Below, piece by piece: positions 23,214 to 36,745 of a stretch of 64,000 bases of DNA; within the stretch, counting starts at the first letter, position 1, and every line of letters starts with the position of its first letter. A model generated the notes under the pieces. The model ran no database searches. It was not told the DNA's origin and saw only the letters and a list, made by a program, of their open reading frames with translations. This DNA comes from Takakia lepidozioides. Its lineage: Eukaryota > Plantae > Bryophyta. Both the position numbers and the translations under genes were made by a program. Location: contig CM060734.1 of NCBI GenBank assembly GCA_030704615.1, positions 62,000,001 to 62,064,000 of the forward strand, given 5' to 3'.

Positions 23214-24164
23214 ATGGAAACTGTTACGATATCGGATTTTACAACTCGAGGAAGACCATGGAAGCCAGCGCACAGAACATCAGACCGTTCTTCTGAAGAT
23301 TTGAATTCGACAGAAACTATTCCACCTATCCAGGATCTGAAGCGCAACTCGAAGAAAGGGAGGTTGGAATTTGCAAAGCTGAAGCAACTCACTTTTGACA
23401 CCGACACTGTGGCATCGCAAATTCTTAACCCGCTCAAATTCTTCAATTTGAAGGAAGGGAGGGAGCGGGCCATGTGGAAGGGATACAATCCTACGGCATA
23501 TCCCCTCAATATGTCATCGTTTTCAAGACGAAAGAAAAAAGGGAGAATATACAAAGATCTTGACGCTATCACCAGACCTGTAAGTCCCCTTTTTGTCACG
23601 GCAAGTAAGGATGTCACACCAAAGGATGTTCAGCACACGATGGACTCACCGAAACTAAAGCCTTGGAAGACTACAGAGAAGGCAATGAAGCTAAGGGAAA
23701 TCAGCAAGTGTTGGCATCAGGAGTGCGTTAGCTCGACAACCATTCAAGAATGCTTGACAAACACGCTGAACAGTAAGTACAAAAAGGAGTTTGCAACTGG
23801 AAGGCTACCTTCGTTGGAGAGGTGCAAGCAAGATGACTTCAAAGCAGAAGTTGGCAAAATTTTGAAGCGCCTCACAACTGCAGGAGCACTGCAACTACCG
23901 ATTCTTCGGCTCAAACGAAGGCTTGTGAAAGAGTGTGTTGATGAGGTCTTTAGCAACGGTATGGGAGAACAATACGTGAAATTGGAAGAATACTATCTTG
24001 GACTGGACTCTAAGCCTGCTCAACAGGACATAAAGAGTCGAAAGCACCTCAAAGAGATTGCTACAAAGGTGACAACTGATTTTGCTGACGTTCAGAATGT
24101 AATTGGATATATGTTGGACGAACTCAGCTTGGCAGAATTCGGCAAAAGAGCAACCGAGTTGTAG
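23214..24164 (+). CDS. Hypothetical basic protein, 316 aa, no recognised domain
   Basis: 951-nt open frame with protein-like, Lys-rich, helical C-terminal composition. A possible splice acceptor at ~23184 means upstream exons cannot be excluded. Confidence 0.6.
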   Translation: METVTISDFTTRGRPWKPAHRTSDRSSEDLNSTETIPPIQDLKRNSKKGRLEFAKLKQLTFDTDTVASQILNPLKFFNLKEGRERAMWKGYNPTAYPLNMSSFSRRKKKGRIYKDLDAITRPVSPLFVTASKDVTPKDVQHTMDSPKLKPWKTTEKAMKLREISKCWHQECVSSTTIQECLTNTLNSKYKKEFATGRLPSLERCKQDDFKAEVGKILKRLTTAGALQLPILRLKRRLVKECVDEVFSNGMGEQYVKLEEYYLGLDSKPAQQDIKSRKHLKEIATKVTTDFADVQNVIGYMLDELSLAEFGKRATEL

Positions 24165-24993
24165 GTAGGTAGAACTCTCCAATGCTCTTTATCGATAGTG
24201 CAAGAGCAGTGTGATGCATGCGAATGTGTGTTCATATCCAGACGGATGTCTTACCCGGTAAGATCTCTTGTGAGGCATTTTGTTCAGCAATTTGCATATT
24301 TCAGTCTCTCAAGCGTTATTTAGATACTAGACTTCCATTGTCAAATCTTGTTATATCCGAGAAAGTAGGGGTAAAGTTGCTGCCCAGACATTTTCCTGGA
24401 TTTCAAATTCCTGGCCAGACCAAAGCATTCGAAAATTTGGGAAAACAGGATGGCAAGTTGCATGGCTGAAGAACATGGCTGAATAAGGCAAACTCTGCCA
24501 TGCTCGGGGTGAAAGCTGGAATATGATATTCTAAGGGACAAAATCGTGGGATCTGTGGAATTAGGTTTTCCAGACAAGGTACTCAGCTGCACAAAGGAAA
24601 TTTTCAGCCAGGTTTTGAAGTTAGTACTGAATCCAAATCCAACAGCACGTAGAGCTACCCAGGGTAATGGGGTGCTTTCTGACCACCCATGGATTTCAGT
24701 TAGCCTTCAGGCAACAACACTCACTGATTGTCGGTCAGTGGTTATGATCAGCAGTTCACCCAAATACAATGACATCATCCCTCAAACCACAGTTTTCCTA
24801 CGATCGAACCACAACTGCTTCTACGATCCACTTTCTTTACACAAAGTAGTTTGAAGCTCTCCTACATCTCGAAAGCGGTGTTGGGCCCTGTTATGGTTCT
24901 AAAATCCTGCAACGGGATTTACCATGACAACTATATATATCTGTTAAGTGACAGGTCTCAGTGATCTCCGACATGAGCACAAACACATTGCTT

Positions 24994-27900
24994 TCAGTGC
25001 ACAACAGCAGTATCCTTGTTGAAAAAGTGACCGATGTATTCTTTCCTGCAACCATGCAAAATATCATGTTCTTATCATACTAGAGCTTTTGCACATCAGA
25101 ACTTCGGAGATATGCGATGGAGACATTCCTACTTTCTCGGTGATAAGCCAATCCAATGATCTACATGTGGCAATTGACTAATGTATTTCCTCCATTCCAT
25201 GAGTGTTTCAGCAAAGCTTTCTCTGATCATGAACAGAGCTCCGAAGATCAGAAACTTCATGAAGTACGATCCCACAGTTAATTTAGAGCTCTGTATTCTT
25301 GAGTGAAGGGCCACTCTCCGACATTTGGACACAACTCATTTGTTCCAAACAGATGACCCAAAAGAGATGTCACTTTTAGGAGTCTTCCCAACAGACTGCA
25401 CTGCACGTCCTGAATTACACAACCCCTGGCTAAACTTCCTTAAACCCACATTCTTTCAGACTTCACTAACAAGGCACTCCAAGGAAGTAAAAGTCAGGGG
25501 CAAGGGTGAAATGGCACAGCATACCTGATAGGATGCTCATCTTGTGGTCGGTTGTACGGAGTCCATATGGGAGCCCCCACAAACAGCCTCATAGCCTACC
25601 ATTACAGAAACCAAAATTAAAGTATATCAAGCAGAGTCACATCACTACCATGCGGAGTACAGCCACGGACATTAACAGTTCAGTAGGTCACTTTTGATGC
25701 AATTCAACAAGAACATCACTGAGTTGACACAGGTGGATCTCTGGCTTTTAGGACAAATTGGGGACATGCAAACTCCATCACAGGGACCGTCACAGAAAAG
25801 AGGGAGGTGCCTTGCCCAGAAACTGTGTCACAGAAAGCATTCATACACTAAGCACAACATGCATTCCTCCCATCCGTAAAACTGGACTGCTAAAAACCCA
25901 AGGATAAGGGAGCAACAACCTTAATGTAGTTGTTTTCATCAAGAGTGAAGCGGTGGTAGCTTCCAGCAGGTAGCACAATCATGTCACCTTTCTTGACCCA
26001 TATCCGAATCCAGCGATCACTTGAATCTCGCACATCAAAATATCCTGCAATCACGTGCATCAGATTATCCAGGACAAGCATATTGCAAGAATACCCTCAT
26101 GGAGACCCTCCTACCCGCCTCCCTCCCTTGTCCTAACTCCACTCACCTGCCTATCCTGTTCTGGAAAAAGCTGATTCGGAACATATTCTACATCTTCCCC
26201 TTATTCAGATACTCATAACCACCACCACCACCACCTTTACCCACAGCGGAGAGGATTAATAAGGAGAACCAAAGGCAGGCACTGACCACTGCCCTCCAAG
26301 CAGTAACGGATGTCCTACCTCCACTCACCTGCCTATCCTGTTCTGGAAAAAGCTGATTCGGAACATATTCTAGATCTTCACCTTATTCAGATACTCATAA
26401 CCACCACCACCACCACCCTTACCCACAGCGGAGAGGATTAATAAGGAGAACCAAAGGCAGGCACTGACCACTGCCCTCCAAGCAGTAACGGATTTCCTCA
26501 TCGGTGTGGATATGCTCTTCGTAGAAACTCTTGATTTTAGCCTCATAGTTGGCCAGCTTCTCTGGGCACACTGTTATTATATCCTGTCCCATGCCACCTT
26601 CCATATGAGGGTTACTTCTCCACACTTCCTCCACTTCAGATATCATCTGCGGCTCTTATGGTATCTCTCCAAAACAGGTACAATCCAGCCCTTTCATTGG
26701 ATAAAAAGGATGTGACATAAACTTTCGCCACTACTAAGGCAACTCAGATCATGACTGTTTATCCACCATTGTCACTGGTTGCTATGAGGATATTTGATCT
26801 TGTGCTTAGTATTACAAGGACTCTCCCTACAGGAATGAAACCAACAAGTACCACCACCACATACTTCCATAAGGGCTCTAAAACATCATGAACCTCTCTT
26901 TTAAGAAGGATTTCCTGAGTTACTTGGCAGCAACACAGCCTCCACAACTGCACAGGATGTTTCTCCACTATTGTTTGTGCCCCTTAATTGGTCCTGGACA
27001 TGTCTATACAATCCCAACATGCACAAATCGTATTCCACCAAGAGCTTGACAGGGTTGCATATTAGCAACCATGCATACTCTTCCACTGCACAAGTGTGCC
27101 ACTTAGCCACTCAGCAGTGGAATATTAACAGAAGACTTTCAAATCTCGCAATAAGGCACAAATCACACAATATGACAGGATGGAACCATAATCAATCAAC
27201 CTGAAAATAAAAGAGGCAACCATCACAAACCTCATAGTCATAGCCCCGCTCCTTCCGAATTTTTTTGAGTTCTGGATCATTCTCATATCTATCCGCATCC
27301 AGCACCCAATGCAACACTCCCAGCTCTGCAACCCATGGGATAACCTTTCAGCTTTCCCACCCGAAAGTGGCTACAAAGAGGGAATTGAAATATATATAAA
27401 TCAAAGGCAGCAGGCAGGGAGAAAAAGTATAGCTCCATTGTTTAAGGGGAAAAAAAACGACAGAGGAGAAACTCATGACCCATGAGATACCAAACCCGCA
27501 ATGATCCAGCTCGAACTGTAACATTCACTTCAGTTCATTCGGGTACAATTCGACAGGTACACATAACAGCCAAACAAAATAGTCGAAGGAAGAGTCCAGT
27601 TGAGACTTGAATCTAACAGAGTTATTAGCACCTCACACAACCAAATATGTGTTCCCTCATAAGGTAAGGAGTGGTTAGGTGAAAACCGACCCTACCCTTC
27701 CTGGCCATGTCTTCTCCTACAGTAGGAGTCAGCGAGGACCGTCTTACAGAGGGAGACGTGAACGTCGAATTGCGGTCATATTAACAACTGCCCTTGCAGA
27801 GATAGTAGGACACAGTATTTCAAAGTTGAATAAGGCATAGAGAAGGTGCGCACCTGCAAGGAGCTCATGGGGGACATATTGGGGCGGGTCGAGATGGTGG

Positions 27901-28220
27901 GGAAGCCGTTGATCTTCCTCCGAGGTGTCCATATACCAGGCTTCCATCAGTGGTCGCTCAACCTATGCAAGATTCAGAAGGAAAATCAATCCACAATTTC
28001 TACACAAATTGCTGTGAAAATCTCCGCACTTTGTTGGTAACTGTCAAAATCGAACCCCATTCATTCACAATGCGGAAGGCTAAAATCATGGCATCAACAC
28101 GTCTACCCCCGGTCCTGGTCGCTGAGAAATACAACACCGGGTACATTAAACCGCACACCAAGATGTGTAAACAAAGACAGAGCAACGACGTGCGATTGTC
28201 ATGCACACCTCCAAACCCAT
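24994..28220 (-). CDS. ARD: Acireductone dioxygenase (methionine salvage cupin), 7 exons
   Basis: MGLE|[23 protein letters not shown]…|ELGVLHW…|[39 protein letters not shown]|YFDVRD…[11 protein letters not shown]…|[17 protein letters not shown]…|[17 protein letters not shown]. Metal-binding EHxHxDEE and H intact. Confidence 0.95.
26130..26493. repeat. Near-identical 182-bp tandem duplication across an ARD exon/intron boundary
   Basis: 26130-26311 and 26312-26493 differ by only a few substitutions and a small CCA-repeat indel. Confidence 0.95.
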
Positions 28221-29404
28221 GACTCCTCTCTCTCACTGCTTCAATTTCCCGTTCAGCGTCCTCTGCAGCGCTACCTCAGTAGGTATCTCTTTGCCAGAAA
28301 TTATTGGCAACCATGAAGCACCCCCCTCCCACACATCGTAGCTTCTCTAACGGTGCTGCCTCCAGATACACTGCACCTGACGCCCGACGGACGCGAATCA
28401 TTCCTCCCTCAATTCGAGATTCCAAGTGGCCCACCTGCGCCGGACAGAATCACCCAGACGCACACCGACGTCGTTAGGTGACGGAATAGCACCCCCATCC
28501 GATGAATAACGGCGATGCGGATGAATGTGGTCCCACTAATTGTAACACGCCTTCTCTCAAGCCCCTCGGCGGACCCCCGCAGTCACCCATAAATCATCCA
28601 TACACAATCGTATAGATGAAATTCACGTAACAGAAATGAAACTTCCACACATGGGAACACATAAGTAGCGAGTGCCCGGTACTATTGACCTTGGATTGTA
28701 CGATGGATGGATGAATGAATGGGTGGATGATGCCTTGAAACCCTGTTCACCACTTAGTTCACGCCATGTGTCCCTTGTTTGGATTATCTGACTTATTCAA
28801 AAGGGAAAAAAGAGAAAAGAAAAGAAATAGAGAGAATGGCAAAGCGTACAAGGGAAGGAGAGGCTATGGCGGAAGTGACTGCACCGCTCTTCTCCCTCTC
28901 GCTCTCGCTTCTGTGAGGCTCTCGTCAATTCGCTCGACCGAATCCTTCTACTCCGTGAATTCCTACTGTTTTTTGGTCTACCACATTATCTCTCCTCTTC
29001 TTTATTCTCTGGCTGGCGAGGTATTCTGGTCTTTGCTCGAGTTTACCCACAGGTTTTAGAATCTGAGACTGGTGAGGCTGTCACACCGGTTTTCTGCAGG
29101 TTGCATAGAAGGAAGACTCCCTACCGCCGAAATTAGGGGGCCTTGCCGTTATTACGGGCTCCAGTAGACCCTCTTCTCAGATAGGCCCTCTTGTTTTTCA
29201 AGTGCTGTATTATCAATTGCGTTCCTCTGTCCGGGAAGCCGAGGTTATTGGGAAGGCGAGGTTCTTCATGCTATCAGGTCGTTTGCTCAGAGAATGGAGT
29301 CAGGGTGACGGAATTTCCATGACCCCAACATCACCTCCCTACACGCCGAAGCCCCTGCCCTTGTCCGGTGTAACATACGAAGGGCCTTGTGCGACTAGAA
29401 CAAC

Positions 29405-29738
29405 ATGGGCTTCGTAGATATTCTCAAGAAAATCGAGGATGCCTTATCATGGCACAAGGCAGGCAACAACAAAAATGATGTGAACCCGAACGTGAATCCG
29501 GTCCTGCTGGTGCCAGGAATTGGGGGTTCCATACTAAACGCAGTCAGTGAATCCGGGCATAAGGAACGAATTTGGGTGCGTCTGTTTGCGGCGGATCACG
29601 AATTCCGGTCCAAGCTTTATTCCTTCTACAACCCCGTTACAGGTGCAATTTGTTGTGTTTTATAGTGTCTCTGGGTTTTGTTATCTGAGCTTTCTACATC
29701 ATAAGACCCCGTTTGTGCGTGCGAGAGAGAACGTTGCT

Positions 29739-29778
<40 letters not shown>

Positions 29779-32261
29779 AGGTGGGGTGGGGGGGGGGTGA
29801 GGGTGTCCTCCATGTCTGGGACCTGGTGCCCGGTCGGAGTCGAGCACAAAGGAAAGAGGATTGTGGCGGCCGGACTATAAAGGCTCTATCCAGTCATGGA
29901 GAATAACCATTTAGCGTGGTTCTTGCATCTTAAATTTTCTTCCAAAAGGCCTCCTGAGGTCCGAATTCTTGTAAATACACCCTGGGATTAGGACTGGTGC
30001 CGGTAGCTGTAGAGTATCGAAGAAGGGAAGAAGGGAGAAGTGGTAAAGGGCAAAACGGTGGGAAGGTCACGAGCAAAAGGATTGGTTGGTTGGCAGGAAG
30101 AACCGAGTCGTTAGATTCCAAGACTACAATTCAGGTCCCCGACGATCGGCATGGCCTCTACAGCTGTGACATTCTTGATCCTGATGTGGTACTGTGTTTT
30201 TACTCTCTTGCAACTGGTTTTTGTTATTTTGATATCTGGCTCACTTGACAACTAGTTGATCTTCTCTTATCCTTCTAAAGGGTTGTGACACAAAGAGAGG
30301 CACACCTTGATGCTATGTCTCCCTTCACGAGAACACAGGCCATGGAGCAGCTGAGTGCCAAAAACACAGCTTTCCCAAAAAATTCTGAAAATTTGCTGTG
30401 GGTGATGGCAGATACTGCGGTTGGACACTGTATACTATTTCCACGATTTGATCAAGGAAATGCTGGATTGGGGCTATGAGGAGGGAACAACATTGTTTGG
30501 CTTTGGCTATGATTTCCGCCAAAGCAACAGGTGCTTGTTTTGGAAACAGAGGTCATTCTGGTCCTAGGTCTCTGTTGAAATATAACAGTGGCCGCTGATG
30601 TGAATAATCATTAGTTTGCCAACTAGTAAGGGAGAACATTCTGGTTGGATTTGCTGGGGAAGGAGCTTTGTTTCATTGCTTCCAATTCCGAAACGGACAT
30701 GTTTAAGATGACGGTCTGAAATTACACCCCTTACTTTTTTCAATGTTTGGTCCTGTTTATTCAGGCTTTCAGACCACATGGAGGGATTTAAAGCAAAGCT
30801 GGAGACTATGTATGAGGTATCTGGTGGCAAGAAGGTGGACATTGTGGCCCATTCTATGGGTGGCCTATTAGTGAAGTCATTTCTGGCACTGAACCATGAG
30901 GTAATGAATTGACAAGCTGTAACCATTTGTTCCAGATTTTCTCTCCACTAGTTTACATTCGGGAAAATAAATGCCGGTTAAATTGCAGTAAATTGGGTCG
31001 ATATTTCTGTAGGCCTTTCTTGGAGGCTCCACCACTTAGAGTCACTTTACACTTGGTTTAACAGGGTTTAAGGAGAAACATGTAGGAAGACTGTCCTGCC
31101 AGTAGTGTAATTCATGTGGGAATCAGGATGTCTCATATACAACTCTTAGCATATCAAATCCATTAATAGTTGGTAAACAGAATGTTGTCCTCGTCCATTT
31201 TATATACCCAAGTGAATTAGGGTCTTTGTTTAGAAGACCTGGCCAAGCATTCACATCTTGCAGTTGGTACATGGAAGATAGCCTTCATGGCTAGCAGTTG
31301 TTCCTCTTTTCCCTCTTCCTGTGCTTGCGCAATTTACACATGCTCTTGTAAGCTTGTGAGTCGAAGCAAACTTAGGATGATGGGATCCACTTCGGACTCT
31401 TGTCTTTTCCTCCCTCTCCCCCTCTCCCTGACAGGTTATAAGTGGGCTTATCCCTATCCTATCTGTAGCCAGGGTGAGTCTAAGTTCCTTTCGGCTCCCC
31501 TTGTCTCCTTCAAATATTGATAAAATGTGTTACTTTGTGGTTGGCAGGTTTTCCAAAAATATGTGAATTCCTGGATTGCTGTTGCTGTACCCTTTCAAGG
31601 TGAACAATATGCAAAACACTCCATTCATGGAAGTTCATGTTTAGGATTGAATTTATAACCACACTTGATACATCAAAACTTGATAAAGGTGAAGGATAAA
31701 GGATAAAGGAGAATCTGCAGAGTTCCTGAAATAAGAGTGTGTGTGGCAGGGGCTCCTGGGTTCATTACAGACTGCCTGCTGACAGGTGTTGAGTTTCTCA
31801 AAGGCTGGCAGCGTGAGCTTTTTGTTGCCAAGTGGAGTATGCATCAGCTTGTATGCCTCTCCCACACCTCCCCACTTTGGCAGTCATTTTGTCCTTTCTA
31901 TGAACTGGAAGATGCTAGAAGCGAACATGCTTTACCACCTTATTGTGGCAGTTTTTCTCCATTTCTGAGTGCAGCCCAGACGTAGCAAACGGAGTGTGCT
32001 GAATGTTCAAAAAATCAGCAATCTCTTTTCAAAGGAGGATAGAGAGACACAGAGACAGAGAATTGACTTCTATTGAGTATGTGATTGTATCCCTTCCAAT
32101 TTCAGCTTCGTCTATCCTGTTCTCGCTGACAGAGACAGAGAAAAAGAAGAATTTATGACATTTGTGGGAGGCCCAATTACAGTAGAACCACAGAAAGTGA
32201 AGAACAATTGAAAACTCAAGCAAGAGAAAAGAAAAAGAAAAGAGAATCTGTGTGTGTCTGT

Positions 32262-32315
<54 letters not shown>

Positions 32316-35300
32316 CTTTTTATGGGATCCTTTGTCCTGTCACTTGCAGCTAATTGAGTGCCCATCGGTGTACGAGCTAATGGCAAATCCAGACTTTCAA
32401 TGGGATAATGCACCTGAGCTACGGGTATGGCTGAAACGAACAGATTCTAATGGAGAAGAAATAGTGGAGATGGAAGCATTCGGCCCCAGGGACTGCGAGA
32501 ACATAATGAGCACTGCTCTCCGAGGAAACACGGTGCAATCCCTTTCCTATGTAGTTGTTGATTTATCACTCAGCCAGAGTACAAGTAAAGGAAGCCAGCA
32601 TGCCTTTGGTCCACCATCTGTCGTAGCTCCCATTTAATTGGATTGGATGTGACGTCAATCTGTAGTACTGGTGGCGTGCTTCCTTTCACCTGCCAAACAA
32701 TGCAATCATTTGATCAGATTGTGATGTGTCCATGACTACAGTGGTGCCTAGATATAGTCCTGTCACCCCCACTTTCTTATTCTAATCATTAGTAAAGATA
32801 GTTTTACTTATTGACAAGGCACTGATGTTATGAAATACAGCTGTAATCCTTGGTAACATTTTACCCACGGCCAGCAACACACTTCCAAGGCTGATGAGAT
32901 TTGAAATTTGGTAGTAGCGTAGATTGCAAAGCGTATAGCTGATTCCAGCACTGCTAACATTGGTCTCTACTTCACAGCTATTCTGCATGTCTGGTTGCAC
33001 TTTCAGTCACGTTTTGGTGAGAGTAGTGGATGTTGAAGCCCTATAACTGAGCTGACGACAGGTCTGTGATATTTGATGTTAGTCATTCTTTTGTTTCAAA
33101 GGAAGAGCAGTGGCAGCTGGTGGTACTGAGAGGATCTCTTTATGGTGGGGCTTGTTATGTGCTCTATGTTGTTGCAGCTGGATTACAATGGATCAACTGT
33201 ACCGGTTCCATTCAATAAGGCCATCTTGGCTTGGGCAATTGAAACCCAACATATCCTTGAGACGGCAAAGCTTCCCAAGGGCATCAAATTCTATAATGTG
33301 TTTGGCACATCATTTGAGACACCTTTTCATGCCTGGTTGTTTTTCTCTCCCACACTCTTTATCCTTTTCTTATCTCTTAAGGAGGAAAGGGGCAAGATCT
33401 CAGATCAATCTTTATTAGAAACTCTCTTCAGAAAACTCCAACCAGGCTAAGTCTCTAGAATCCATTCAAGTGGGGGTGCTTAAGGAGTGTATGTCAGCAT
33501 GCTCCAAAACAGCCAATGTGGCTGTTCGGGGTGAGTTTGGCATTCCGTCCTTAAGCTCCCGACGAGATGAATTCAAGGTCAGATGGTGGGGTCAGCTGCA
33601 ACATATGCCCAACACCAGATATCCTAAGTTAATCGACTCTATATCTTGGAAACAGGACCGCCCTGTCAAACAGGCTAAGTCCTGGCAGAAGAGAGTAGAA
33701 GAGATTCTCAAGGACCTGGACCTGGAGCCGCAAGTCTTGACCCTGCTGGATAAATCTGACTTAGAGGCTGTAGTGTCCAAAGCCATGTCTGTTGCCATGA
33801 GATTGTCTGATGAAAATGAAGTTAGGCAGAAAACTTCAAACTCAGGGCAGGAAGCCTACCTTTGAACAGCAAACAGAAGCAGAGAGGAAAGGGAGAGTGC
33901 AATTGCCCGTTGTGTGGGCAATGTGAAGACAGTATTCATTTTCTGATACACTGTCCGGGGTTCTCTCACCAAAGAGACGCTCTCTTCAAATCTATCATGG
34001 GAATTGTGCCTGTACCCCTGTTTACCAACTTTGAAAGTCTCGAGGCTGAGCCAAAATCCCAGGCCCTCCTGAGGCCTAGTTTTTGGGCAAATCACACACA
34101 GCAGATTGATGCTTGTGTGAAGGGATTTCTAGAGGATATCTGGAAAACCCGGATTAATTCTATATATGAAGGTAAGTCTTACTACCAACGTCAGCCCCTG
34201 ACCGAGGTAGGTTCTGTCCCTTTTGTTCCCGCTCAAACTGGGCGCGGGGTCAATGGCCACAAGGCTACGGCAAACAACGTCTTATGAGTACAATCTCTTC
34301 AGAAAACACCTCAACCAACCAAGAAAAGCCATAAAGGCAACAAATAAGGTGAAAGTGCCAAAACAACGGCACGAGGCTGTTGGAAACAAGAAACCCTAGC
34401 TTCTCCAACTAGCTTGAAACTCCAGTCAAAAACTCAACAAAGTTGCGGAAACAATATGAAGAGGGAGGCTGTGAAGCTGCCTTCTGATAGACCAGAAATA
34501 TCCTGACCCAAAGAACAAAGTGAAGGATGCCAGATCCTCACTCCTTTTAGACACCAGAGTCGTGCTGAAACAGGCAGCTCCACAGAAGTATACTCAATGG
34601 GAAGGGAAACGGGGCTGTTTGTAGAGTCAAACGGAAAGGAGTGAGGGGGAATTTCATGGGTTCTCAAGTGGTTCTATCAAAGACTCGCTCTCAGTCACAC
34701 TCTCTCTGTAGACTCTTCTGAAGCCAATAAAGATGTGTGTTTTTAGTCTTCAGTCTACCTACTATTTTATATCATTTCATTTGTTTGTAGGACTTGCTTC
34801 TAGATCAATTAGTGACTTGTATACATTGAGTCTCGAGATTAAGGTTGAAGGACAGTCTCTTGTCAGACACCGGTGTTGGGTGAGTTTTGAGTATCTCCAT
34901 TTTCACCCTAAAGCCTGAATCACACTTTGAGATAAGCTTGCTTAGCTGATGCATCTGTGTCATATGTCGTGGTGCAGCTACGGGAGTCAGAAATGTCCGC
35001 TTGAGAACTTGAATGAAATTCTGAAGACAGAGGTACTGTATGTGTTGCAGACCCGTTTATGACAGAGCATGCCCTAGTTTTGGTGTAGGATTTGTGTGTT
35101 TCTGTGCATGATGGCCCTTGGCATGACCTCTGATAATCTCTCATTTTGGGTCCTTCCTCATAGCTACCATCCAAATTGGTTGAGAGTTCGCATTTTTTTC
35201 TGATGCCACAGCTCTCTACTTCTCCCTTTCTGTCCTCTGTCAACCAACTACCATGATTATTAGACGTTCAGTAATACTGTAATTGCAGATGGACATTGCA

Positions 35301-36745
35301 ATCCTACAAAGTGTTCTGGAGGTTTAGTATTAGACTGAAGAGTCCATATCTAATGATGAGGATGAGTAATGGGAACCTCTCTCTTGCACTTCTTCTGGGC
35401 CTGCTGTGAATGTAATAGTTGTTCTGTTTTTCTTGTCGCGTTTCTGAACCGACTATGAGTGGTCTTTTATACAGGCTGAGTTCTCTTGTGTGGATGGTGA
35501 CGGAACTGTTCCGTGCGAGTCATCTTGTGTAAGTCTACTCTCAATACCCGTTGTTTTCCTGTCCCTAACGTTTGACGGTCCTGACATCTAGTTATAGCTA
35601 CAAAGAAGTTATCATTTGGTCTTGGGGGTGAACAACTCCGTGTCGAACTAGGAAGATTTTTATCTTAACGGGATAATCTTCCCTCTCAGCTGAGCTAATC
35701 CTATGTTCATGTAATCCTACAGGTTGGTGAAGGTACGTTTTTCGCTGTTTGGAAGTATAGAGAATGCACTATGCTTTGGGCCCATCTATTTATTCTTGAA
35801 GGAGTTAGCAGTCAAAAGACTTTGCTTGTGAATAAACTCTTAGGATCAGAATGCGGAGAGCTTAGTTTTAAACCAATTAGTTTGAATGCCAGAATGGTCA
35901 TGTTTGGGCTGGCTCAAACTGTCAGATCCAATTCTGCTCATGGAAATCTGTAGCTTATGTATTTGTGGTGTGTAGGCGGATGATTTGGATGCAGAGGCAA
36001 GGGTTGGGATACCAGGTGACCATCGTGGCATCCTCAATGACAGACGTCTCTTCCGTACTATCAAGCACTGGTTGAATGTCGGCGAACCTGATCCCTTCTA
36101 CAATCCATTGACAGATTATGTTATTATACCGACGAAAGAATTTGAGTTTGAAAGCCACAAGGAAGAGTGTATCATTGTGGCTGGCTCAACCACTGTCCCT
36201 GCTAACTCTCAGCATCAGGGGACCATTTGTGAGGATATTGAGGACTACACTCACAATCCTGACAGGGTAGAGTTTGTGGCCACAGTGGCAACAGGTACTA
36301 CTCCTTGCTGCTGCTTGTTTTCTGGCTCTTCCTGTTCTTCTGTTGCAATGGATACTACTTATTAGCCTCCCTCTATCTTCTTGGATGTTATGATTTTGCA
36401 TTCTTCCATCGTTACGCCAAACGTGAGATGCCAGTACATATTGTGAAAATACTTAGGCCTTCGTCAACTATCCAAGAATATCTGTTTCAGTGTTCCACCA
36501 TTTTTTCCTTAGGGTTGGGATCAGCTTCGGATACACGGGCCGAAGCACATGCACATGTCACTGCGCATGGAAAGCACGCAGGGGAAGGTGACAAAGAATG
36601 TTTTGGAGTGTCAACCATTGGTGTGGCTGAAGGACCCAACAAAGGCGAGACCTTGGCAGCACTAGACCAGGCTATGGTTGCTGCTTCAGAAGAGGCTAAG
36701 GCTGCAAATGTGATGGGAAAATGGGTGATGTCTGACAAGGCTTAA
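29405..36745 (+). CDS. LCAT3/LCAT4-like phospholipase A (~12 exons)
   Basis: PVLLVPGIGGSIL…ERIWVR; LFGFGYDFRQSNR; lipase motif IVAHSMGG (exon ~30764-30900); LIECPSVYELM; VDGDGTVP; GDHRGIL. GT-AG introns. Confidence 0.92.
29740..29776. repeat. (GA)n microsatellite followed by a G-run, in LCAT intron
   Basis: Direct reading. Confidence 0.95.
32263..32314. repeat. (GA)n microsatellite in LCAT intron
   Basis: Direct reading. Confidence 0.95.
33437..34293 (+). mobile_element. 5'-truncated non-LTR retrotransposon 3' end (RTE/RTEX-like) in LCAT intron
   Basis: TANVAVRGEFG…WWGQLQHMPNTRYPK; FKLRAGSLPLN…CPLCGQCEDSIHFLIHCP (CCHC). Flanked by a 14-bp direct repeat TCTCTTCAGAAAAC (33423-33436, 34294-34307). 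Confidence 0.85.

Noticed and set aside
25129-25223. ARD last exon RESFAETL…SPRK*
   Set aside because: The exon at ~25046-24994 (RKEYIGHFF…) has a better acceptor and matches the family C-terminus.
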